Assembly (NCBI GenBank): GCA_043228905.1
Contig: JBHGNT010000004.1
Location: 21,080,001-21,144,000 of the forward strand
DNA from: Azolla caroliniana
Lineage: Eukaryota; Plantae; Polypodiophyta
DNA length: 64,000 bases
Direction of reading: 5' to 3'
The notes under the pieces were generated by a model. The model saw only the letters and a list, made by a program, of their open reading frames with translations, did not search any database and was not told where the DNA came from. The position numbers were made by a program, and so were the translations under genes. Below, piece after piece: positions 46,264 through 56,991 of this stretch (position 1 is the first letter of the stretch; the number at the start of each line of letters is the position of its first letter).

Positions 46264-48700
46264 AATTTGATGATAACCTGTTCGTAAGTCAATTTTCGTA
46301 AAATATCGAGCCCCATGCAAACGATCAATCAAATCATCGGTAGGAGGTAACGGATATGCATTTTTAATTGTCATTTTATTCAAACGGTGATAATTGATAG
46401 ACATTCGCCATGAACCTTCCTTCTTCTTAACTAATAGAACTGGCGCACCCCAAGGTGATTTACTATACTGAAGTATTCCTTAAGTTGTTTAGCGATCTCA
46501 TCCTCTTCTAATCGACTAAGTCAGTAAGGGGGGATGCTCACAGGAGCAGCACTGGGGATGAGTTCAATTTGATGGCCCACATTATGTTTTGGTGGTAAAG
46601 TAAGCGGCAATTCGTTAGGAAACACGTCTTGAAAATCATCGAAAATAACATTGAAGCGTAGGATCAATTATACACGAATAAATTAATGAACTAAAATACT
46701 CACTTAAAGATTTAGAAGCCACAAGTGAACGAGAAGGAAGTTTGGAACATTGAATAAAATGTTTACAATTATTAGGTTCAATTTAATGTGATTGAGTGAT
46801 TAACCCAATCAATGGACAAAGAAAGGTTTTTATTAAAAAACCAAGGGTATCCTAAAATGACATATGCAGATTGTAGTTTCATAACATGAAAGTCAAGCTT
46901 CTCCAAATAGGTATCTATTTGAATTGGCAGTTGACAAACAATGCCACTGATGTATTGAACGCTTCAATTTGCCGTGTGAACTTGATAGATATGATCACTT
47001 GTGTTTATGTGGAGTTGCATTTGCTGCACAAAGTGATCATTAAGAAAATTGTGAGAACTACCGGAATCAAACAAGAAATGTGCTTATGTTCCATTGATAT
47101 ACCCAACTGCTCGGAGTAAATCATTAGGTCCAAGTAAATGTGAAGGAGAAGTGCATTCACATGAACTTAAGTGGTTGGTATGAACTTCAATAACATCAAA
47201 AGACTCACATGTGTGACTCGTAGATTTGTCTTGAGGAGGGGTGTTCATTGACTTCCTCTCAAGACGACGACAAGTATCCTTTGAGTGGCCCCGCTTCTTG
47301 CAATATGCACAGAAGAGGTTCGGTTTCTTGGAGTCGCGGTCAAGAGTGTCATTGGATTGCTTACGTTTCCCAATGAACTTGACATTCAGAGTTTTGGCGA
47401 ACTCAGGTTTATTGTTGTCTTTCTTGGAAGTTCCATGGTACCGAAGTACAATGTTGATGACTTCCTCGAAAGTTGTGGGGTCCTTGTCATGGACAATCCA
47501 ATGGTAATCCCCATTGGGAATACCATTCAAAAAACAAGCGATAAACCATTTCTCACTCGTAAGTCCCGATTTTTGGATTGGGTCCAAGCATGATGCACGT
47601 AATACTCGAGAGAGGTAAATGGCTTAGTCGACAACGTGAGCAAGTGTTGTGCTTGTTCGGTTTGAGAAGGTGGTTGCAAGAATAGTTTCTTAAAAATATC
47701 AACGAAACCTTCCCAAGTTGTGGGTAAGTTCTATGCAGTCCTTAGGCCGCGCCACCAAGCAACAACTCGGCCACCTAACTCACGATCGACATAACCAATT
47801 TTTACAACGTCAGGCTTGGGGTGGAGCTCACAACGACCAAGCCAAGTGCTAATGGCCTCCTTGATTCTTTCTTTCTTATCTTCGTTGAATGGCATGACTA
47901 TGAAAGAAGGTTCACCTTCTTTCTTGGACTCGATAGTCAATTCTTGGAATTTCTTTCACAATGCCATATTGGCCTGCCTCATTTCGGCCAATTGATTCAA
48001 GGTAGTAGTGAGCAATTGCTCAATAGTGATCTCAGCTTATGTGCGAGATGCGGATTGGAGTTGAGAGGTCTCGATCGGAGAGTTTGCTCCAACAACTTTC
48101 AAAACTTGTTCCATGATGCAAGGTGTGGGTATGCAATATAAATAAGGAGGTTCAGAAAATACACAAACAAAATGAATGCTTGAAATTTTGATTGGAAGAA
48201 CTTTACAAAGAAAGCATCTCATGTCATTACCCCTCTAGACATATGAGATGTGATTCGAGATCTGATAACTATGGTAACACTATGGTGTTTCAAAAACCAT
48301 GGGGGAAAACATAGCTAAGATGTGTTTCTCGGATCTCTCTCTTGAATAATCATGGCGGCTCCTCAAGGCTCAACCATGGTTCTAACATCAATGTAGTTTC
48401 CTCGTTAACCTTATATTAAAATGCCAACCCAACATGTATTGATATGGTTGAGAAAGTGTATTACGTGAGAAAACAAGTGCACTCGCAAATAATATTCTAG
48501 TCTTGTGAGTAACAAGCAAATGTTATGATAAAAACGATAAAATAAGACACTACCCATAAGAGTTAAGCAGTGAAGAAAAACAAGGGTAAAAAAAAAACCC
48601 ACGTGCTACCTACTAAAAAAAAACAAAGTCACAAATAAATGGGAGGTGCGAGGTATGCACATATACATCCCAATATGGTGGTTGTAATTTGCACAATTGT
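46264..48700 (-). mobile_element. degenerate Ty3/gypsy (chromovirus-like RT) 5' half: gag with CCHC knuckle, protease region, RT start, PBS-like site ~48260-48271, LTR from ~48272
   Basis: CAYCKKRGHSKDTC; [42 protein letters not shown]; right boundary approximate. Confidence 0.8.
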
Positions 48701-49606
48701 GACATAACCTACAAATTGATACAAGTGGTGGTGGTGGTGTGCGTAAAGATGTAGTACTCAAATCTATGAGTAAAACATCAATAAGGGACTCATGTGGTTT
48801 CACTTGAGTTCTAAGGCTCAATAATATGAGTTAAACCTAAATGACACGTTGGAAAAAATCATTCAAAAAGCAGCATGATGCCCGGTCCATACGAAAAAAT
48901 AGTCTACACGGAAGCGTTACATCGTAGGTAAACGCACGTAAATACTTTAAACATGAAAAGGAAGGGAAAAAATAGAGTTAATTGTGGGTGGGTAAATGAC
49001 AATTCCAAGAAAATCCTACAATTTGAAAAGTGAAACGACAATTCGTGTAATTAGAAATTAATTAGAATAATAATCAATTAGGTGTATGGAACATTAAGTA
49101 TGCCTTAAGGTAAGAAACCCTAGGGTAATTGACATGCACCTCCTCAAGACCACCACATCCAATAGAATAGGCTAAGTGATAGCTCAATAGAGAGTAGAGT
49201 GACATAGGTAGGTGACATACACCTCGTTAAGACCACAACATCCCATAGAATTGGCCAAGTGATGGCTCAATAAAGGGAAGGGTGTCATACTCAACATCAT
49301 ATGCAAAAGGGCCATGAGGTGAGCGTGTGCGATTAGGGCAAACACGCTCAACCCAATGCACAAGAATAATTATTACGATAAGAGACGACTCAAGAGAAGG
49401 GAGAGTGGGAGATACATTGCAATATGCAAAAGGGCCATGAGTTGAGCATGTGCGATTAGTGCAAACATGCTCGACCCAATGCGTAAGTAGATTAACATCG
49501 TATCTTGGTAGAAAGAAGAAAGAAAAGAAAAGAAAAGAAAACATAACACCACTTTCATATGACCAAGAAGAAAGCATCATAGAAGAGAAAAGAGAGATCG
49601 AGAAAG

Positions 49607-49901
49607 TGTCATGATATGACAAGACTCAAACCCGTGACCTTATGTTACATGGGTTGTGCTCTTGACCATTAAACTATATGTTGTAATACAAATAATATTA
49701 TTTTCATTTAGGTTTTACTATAGAAAATTGATGTATATTCCAGATTTCTCTGGAACATTCGAGAAACTTTAGGAGTACTCCTGAGAACACTATAAAAGGA
49801 GGCACAAGGCATTATTTCGAACCAAATCGGTTCAACGTCAATCTTAAGCCTCCTAGCTACTATTGTATATTCCCTTAACATAATATATATCTTTTGTTAT
49901 C

Positions 49902-49952
<51 letters not shown>

Positions 49953-52900
49953 CCCTTCTCTCGAGAGTTCTACACCTCCCTTAGTACTAATCCTCACCTT
50001 TTAGTACTAATTCCTTCTCTGTTTTAGTACTGTTCCTGACAATACTTCTCTGTCTTAGTACTGCTCTTGACAGTTTGAACCGATTTCCCTCTCCATCCTT
50101 CTCTTCCTTTATCTTCTTACTTCTCCCTCCCTTCATACTAATCTCTTATTCCTCTTTTCTCTCATACTATGACCACTGTTAGCGCTCAAGAATATCAATC
50201 CGTTTTCTCAGAGCTCCAATGCTTGAAAGAGAAGTTACTTGCTTTGGAACAAGAAAATCAATGGTTGTTGGGGGATCTTCAACAAATCTCCTTAGAAAAG
50301 CAACAGATGCAACAACAACATGGGGAACTAGTGTTACGTGTGCAACAACTCGAAGAAACCTTAGTAGCAATGCAACAACAAGGACCTAGTACGCAAGGGA
50401 TTCATAAAGAACCCAAGATCGGCCTGTTGAAAAACAGTGCTCGGCCACAACCGAGGAATAGGATCAACTCTCAGAAAACAGGAAATACAAAATGCACGAA
50501 GACAATAGAGAGAAGAGTACACAGGATGTTTTACGTGGAAAACCCTAAATGGGAAAAACCACGGGAGTCCTCAAACTCCAACTATCACTATAAACAGAGG
50601 TGTACAATGGTGAAGCTACAAGGCAACAACCTTGAGCTCACTGTCTTCGCCACAGGCGGCGGTAATACACAGAGGCAACGACCTCTTCGTCTCTCTCTCT
50701 CTCTGTCTCTCTGTCTCTCTCTCTCGGCTGCTCACTTAGCTCCCTCTAAGTGGAAAATAGAAAAAAAATGAGCAACAACCATAAAACTGTTTGCCCTAAG
50801 TCATATTTATACACATATGACTTTCGGGCTATTTACAAATATAGCCTCAAGGGCCCTTGGCAAACATATTCACAAATATGTCCCCGCATCCGGATCTCTC
50901 TCCGGGTACATTCGTCATCCGGCTCCGTAGCCGGGGTCTTCATCATCCGGCTCCGTAGCCGGGATCTTCATCATCCGATTCCCGGACATCCGACCATCCC
51001 ATCCGGAGGGACCGTAATCCCAACACGGCCTTCCCATGAAATTCGATGGAACGCGATCACAGTTTAGAGGATTCCTTAATCAGGTACGATTAGTCATTCA
51101 AATGCATCCTTCTCGATATCCCACCGATGCATCACGAGTGGGACTAGTAGGCACTCTACTTAGTGGCACGACTTTGGCATGGTAGAAAAAATCTCTCCCT
51201 TGTTAAATAATTTCGAAGAGTTTATTACCGAGTTTAAAGCCTGTTTTGGAGATACTGACAGTGTTAGAACAACAATCAACAAAATCCGAAGATTGCGCCA
51301 AGGTGAGCGACCGGCCTCAGCTTATGCTACGGATTTCCGTCTTCTCGCCACCGATATTCCCTGGGATGACCTGGCACTAATGGAACAATTTCGTTTTGGC
51401 CTACATAATGTTGTTAAAGATTTACTCTTAACTTTCCCCGAGGAGCCAAAGTCATTGACAGAAGCAATCAGTCGTGGGGTGCGATGCGATAATCGCCTCT
51501 TCGAACGACGTTTGGAACGTCAGTTCCAAATGCCATGGACAAGATCGGAGCCCACCTATGCTTCAATCGTAGCAAAGCCTTTCCCAAGGGAGACATTCAA
51601 TACGTCTCCAACAAATACTCCAACTCCAATGGAAATCGACACCACACGTCACCGCGGACCACTATTGGAAGAAGAAAAGCAGTGACGTAGGGCAAATCGA
51701 TTATGTCTTTATTGCGGTGGACAGGGGCATATTGCAATGAACTGCCCCCATCGGCCGAAAAGGCAGGTAAATCAAATAACCGCTAGTACTAATAGTACTA
51801 AACCCGAGTCTATTCCTCTAAGTGTGTCTGATAGTCCTAATAGCCCAAGCCTTTCAAACCAATTTGAAATCCTTAGTCAACTAGAAGAAGAGTTAAACGA
51901 TTAAGTCCAACCAAAATAGGAGTCGTTTGGTTGGAAAACCTTAGATCTGTGCAACCCATTAGTGGTTCCATTTCCTCTAAGCAAGTTAACAATGTGTTCT
52001 TAGCTCAAGTAATGGTTAGTAGTAAAAGTACTCTTCCAGTACATGTCTTAGCACTCTTAGATTCTGGAGCCAACTCTTGCTTCATGGATAAGAATTTTGC
52101 CCAAGCTCATTAGATATCCCTAAAGAAACTCCCATGTCCAGCCTCTATAGTAGTCATTGATGGTCGTCCCATTGCTTCTGGGGACGAGCTAATACACTTC
52201 CTCACCATCGACCGTATGATTGCCCCATCGATTTACAACCGGGAAAAGAGCCACCATGGGAACTGATCTACAATTTGTCACCAACCGAGCTAGAAGTCGT
52301 TCGAGCCTATATAGAGGAGAATTTGGCAAATGGTTTCATTCGACATTCGAAATCTCCAGCTGGCGCACCCATTTTCTTCATCAAGAAAAAGGATGGATCA
52401 CTTCGTCTCGTCGTAGATTACTGTGGGTTGAATAAAGTCACCATCAGGAATAGGTATGCACTTCCCCTTATCTCAAGTCTTTTAGAACGGATCAATGGTG
52501 CAAGGTTCTTCACAAATATCGACTTACGAGGAGGGTATAACCTCGTACAGATCTGACCAGGAGATGAATGGAAGACTGTGTTTCGAACCAGATATGGGCA
52601 CTTCGAGTATACGGTCATGCCATTCAGCCTCACTAATGCGCCAACAGTCTTCCAGCACATGGCAAATGATATATTCCGAGATCTCTTGGGTGATTTTTTG
52701 ATCATCTATTTGGATGATCTACTGGTTTATTCGAAGACCCAACAAGAGCATGATTCTCATGTATTGTTAGTACTAAAACAACTTCGAGAACATGGTCTTT
52801 ATGCAAAACTAGACAAATGTAGTTTCAGGTGCAATCAGGTAGAATTTTTGGGCTATGTCATTTCCTCGGAAGGCATCTCCATGGATCCAACTAAGGTCAA

Positions 52901-55456
52901 AATGGTGGTAGAGTGGCAGACTCCGTGCTCATTGCGAGATGTGCAATGCTTTTTAGGCTTTGCCAAATTTTACCGCAAGTTCATACAAGATTACTCAAAG
53001 CTTGTTCTGCCTCTCACACAACTTACTAGGAAGGGAAAATCGTTCGTTTGGTCTGAAGAAGCGAACATTGCTTTTGAGAGTCTTAAGAAGGCATTTACAT
53101 CATCTCCTATTTTAGCTCATGTTGATCCAGAGAAACCATTCATCATTGAAGCAGACACGTCAGATTTCGCCTTGGGTAGCATTCTGTCTCAACAAGGCGA
53201 TGATGAGAAGCTACATCTTGTGGCTTTCCATTCACGCAAGTTTGACGCCGCGGAAATCAACTATGAAATTCATGATAAGGAGCTATTAGCAATAGTGGAC
53301 TCTTTTACACAATGGAGGCATTTTCTAGAGGGGTCTGCTCATCAAGTCATCGTATTCAGTGATCACAAAAACCTTGCCTCCTTTCAGAATGCTCGTGTGT
53401 TAAATCGACGTCAAGCTCGGTGGGCCCAATTCCTCACTCGTTTCGACTTCAAAATTACATATCATCCGGGTAAGCAACAAGGGAAGGTAGATGCATTATC
53501 ATGGCGTTCGTATCTAGCACCACATCCCGGCGAGCCGACTTTCGACAACCAAAAGCAAGTAATCTTGGGACCGGCACGACTGCAAGCAACACAGGTCTTT
53601 GGTATGCCCTTGGATTCCCACGTTATCGATACCATACGTGAGGACTTGAAGACAGATGTTTTCGCTCAAGCCATTCTAGCACAAATCGATCCCTCTTGAG
53701 CATCTTGTTCACATTCGCAACAACTAGGTACAGATTATCGACAATTCAAATGTCATGATGGATTACTATTCTTTAAGAAACTCTTGTATGTTCCTAATGG
53801 TACTTGTTGCCTTCAAGTAGTCCAAAACTGTCATGACACATATACAACTAGGCATTTTGGTAGTACTAAAACACTAGATTTAGTACAACGATCCTTTTGG
53901 TGGCCCCATATGCGACAATTTGTCGAAGATTTTGTTCAGACTTGTGATACATGTTGCAGAGCAAAAATGCCAAGCATCATCCATATGGTTTACTAGAACC
54001 ATTACCAATTCAAAGCAAGCCATGGCAATCCATTGCCCTAGATTTCATCATGGATCTTCCGGTCTCTAAGGGATTCAATGCGATCTTAATAGTAGTAGAT
54101 CGATATACGAAGATGGCCCATTTCCTGCCATGTACTAAGGAAATCTCTAGTGAAGAAACCGCCGAAATTGTCATGCGTGTATGTCGGCATCATGGACTTC
54201 CCGATAGTATCATCAGCGATCGTGGACCCCAATTCGTCTCGAAGTTCTGGAAGCACCTCTTTAAAATGCTTAAGGTCAATTGTAACCTCTCCTCCGGCTA
54301 CCACCCGGAAACAGACGGCCAAGCAGAACGAACAAATCAAACGCTGGAGCAGTATCTTCGGTGCTATTTAAGCTATCATCAAGATGAATGGGCGGATATT
54401 CTCCACTTCGCCGAATTTGCGTATAATAACTCTGTCCACTCATTGACAAAGGTGACACCATTTTATGCTTACACAGGCTGTCACCCCCGATGGTGTGTAT
54501 TTGAAACCCCAGAATTACCTACAAATCCTTGTGTAGAGGATCGTTTGGAGCGGTGACGTAAGATACAAGTGGATTTATCTACTCATCTACCGCAAGCTCA
54601 ACAAACACACAAGGTTTACGTGGATCGTCATCGGCTTCCATCCAGTTTTGACATTGGAGATCGGGTGTGGCTACTACGACGATACATCAAGACTACTCGC
54701 CCATGCGAGAAGTTGGATTACCGGCGATTAGGTCCTTTCCGTATTATCGGAAAAATTAATGATGTCGCTTTTCGTCTCGATCTACCTCCACAACTTCGGA
54801 TACATCCGGTGTTTCATAGTTCTCTCCTCGAACCCTATCAAGACAACACCATCCCAGGTCGTATTAAACAACCTCGACCCCCGATCAAGCTTGAAGATGG
54901 ACCTGAGTACGAGGTTGCCGCCATTCTCAATTCCAAGATTGTTCACAACAAGCTCTACTATTTAGTCGATTGGCTAGGATATAGTCCCATCGAGCGTACT
55001 TGGGAACCAATAGAGAATGTGACCAATACTCGTGCTCTTCTTGAAGATTTCCTTCATCAATATCAAAACAAACCGGGTCCTCAATCCAAAACGACTCGTG
55101 ACACTCGTCGTTTTAAAGGGGGGATAATTTCATGATATGGTAAGACTTGAACCCATTACCTTATGTTACATAGGTCGAGCTCTTGACCATTAGACTATAT
55201 GTTGTAATACAAATAATATTATTTTCATTTAGGTTTTACTATAGAAAATTTATGTATATTCCAGATTCCTCTAGAACATTCTAGAAACTTCAGGAGTACT
55301 CTTGAGAACACTATAAAAGGAGGCACAAGGCATTATTTCGAACCAAATCGGTTCAACGCCAGTCTTAAGCCTCCTAGCTACTATTGTATATTCCCTTAAC
55401 ATAATATATATATTTTGTTATCCTCATTCTCTCTCTCTCTCTCACTCACTCACTCA

Positions 55457-55490
<34 letters not shown>

Positions 55491-55621
55491 CTCTCTCTCT
55501 CTCCTTCTCTCGAGAGTTCTACACCTCCCTTAGTACTAATCCTCACCTTTTAGTACTAATTCCTTCTCTGTTTTAGTACTGTTCCTGACAGTACTTCTCT
55601 GTCTTAGTATTGCTCCTAACA
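49607..55621 (+). mobile_element. full-length but mutated Tcn1/sushi-like chromovirus (Ty3/gypsy): LTRs 49607-50072 and 55128-55621; gag, PR, RT, RNase H, IN, chromodomain
   Basis: TSD GAAAG (49602-49606/55622-55626); gag KEPKIGLP.KFDG..FRGFLNQ, CLYCGGQGHIAMNC; PR LLDSGANSCF; RT YLDDLLVYS; RH ADTSDFALG; IN GYHPETDGQAERTNQ, LGPF; CHD EYEVAAIL..KLYYLVDWLGY...TWEP; PPT aaagggggga at 55115. Confidence 0.95.
50425..51025 (-). mobile_element. copia-family solo LTR inserted in the chromovirus gag
   Basis: TGTTG...CAACA; TSD CGGCC (50420-50424/51026-51030); reverse-complement similarity to LTRs at 56427 and 60481; removal restores gag KEPKIG/LPMKFDG. Confidence 0.92.
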
Positions 55622-56231
55622 GAAAGAAGAATACCGGGTTAAGAATGTTGTTTTGATCTTGTGAAGAGCATGAAGAGCCTTGTTAGATCCCCATCGCTCA
55701 CACGCAAAAAACATCAAAACAAAAAAAATAATTGTTAGTAAAGGCTCTGATACCACTGTTAAGAGTCTATTACTAATCAATAGACCAAACTAAAGTAAAA
55801 GAAGGAAAATAGATTGCAAAGAAGAACCCATTCCACCCGACCACCCCCGAGTTATTTTCTAGACATAGCCAACCTACCACCGACGTCCCATACCTCTGGA
55901 TATTAGGATGACTAATACCTTGGAAGAGATCATCACGATTGTGGAGACGAAAGCCTAGCCCGCACCAGCAATGTCTAAGACAACAACCTTCCAATGTAAT
56001 GTGCTTATGAGGATAGCTAAACCTCATATTTATACCTTTTCCTAGGCCCCTTGAATAGATGTGCCTTTCTAAAAGGCTCTCCATTCATTGGTTGTCCAAA
56101 TCATGATAGAGCATGCACCCATCATTCCTACTATCCAATCATATTAGTCTCCTTTTTAACATTAGTGAACATACCCGTCACTTATGTAAATATTAATGAC
56201 CTACCCTCACCTACGTTATGTGTACATAACA

Positions 56232-56953
56232 CCCGCAACATGCCGAAGGAGACCGAGTGCATCGAACCGATGGTGATATTCACGGTACCGCATGTACCGT
56301 GGAACCTGAAGCCGATTCTGGTGCCGAAAGCTCACACCCCAAAGTTGATGGAGCTGCTCAAGGAGAAGATCGGCATGGGGATCCTTGAACCGTCGAGCGC
56401 CCCTTACTCGAATCGGCGGTTCACGGTGTTAGGAAACAGATCCCTCCGGATGGGATACAAGTACCCGGCAAGGAAGACCCGGTGAGAATCGGATGACGAG
56501 TGCCCGACAAGAGCCGGATGTTGAAGACCCGGTGAGAACCGGATGACGAGTGCCTGGCAAGAGCCGGATGTTGAAGGCTCGGTGAGAACCGGATGACGAG
56601 CGCCCGGCAAGAGCCGGATGTTGAAGGCCCGGTGAGAACCGGATGACGAGGGCCCGACAAGAGCCGAATGTTGAAGGCTCGGTGAGAACTGGATGACGAG
56701 CGCCCGACAAGAGCCGGATGTTGAAGGCCCGGTGAGAACCGGATGACAAGTGCCAGACAAGAGCTGGATGATGCAGGCCCGGTGAGGAGTGCTCACTGGA
56801 TGAAGGGACATATTCGTAAATATGTTTCTGAGAGTCCATTGGGGCTATATTTGTAAATAGCCGAAAAGTCATATTAGTATAAATATGACTTAGGGCAAAC
56901 TTAGTATGTGTGGTCATTCTTGTTGGTGCAAGATTTGAGTGCGTAACTGTGTA

Positions 56954-56991
<38 letters not shown>

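Larger units (their letters stand above)
48830..56231 (-). mobile_element. non-coding (LARD/TRIM-like) LTR element: LTR 55757-56231, tRNA-iMet PBS 55744-55755, internal part 55622-55743 plus ~48830-49606, split by the chromovirus
   Basis: gctctgatacca followed by TGTTA...TAACA LTR; internal region has tandem repeats and hairpins and no recognisable retro-ORF; homologue at 13830-14873; left boundary approximate. Confidence 0.7.

Noticed and set aside
50169-50771. 200-aa coiled-coil gene
   Set aside because: It is the chromovirus gag N-terminus reading into the inserted solo LTR
56473-56772. CRISPR-like regular array
   Set aside because: Head-to-tail 50-bp units without unique spacers, inside a eukaryotic LTR; no cas genes
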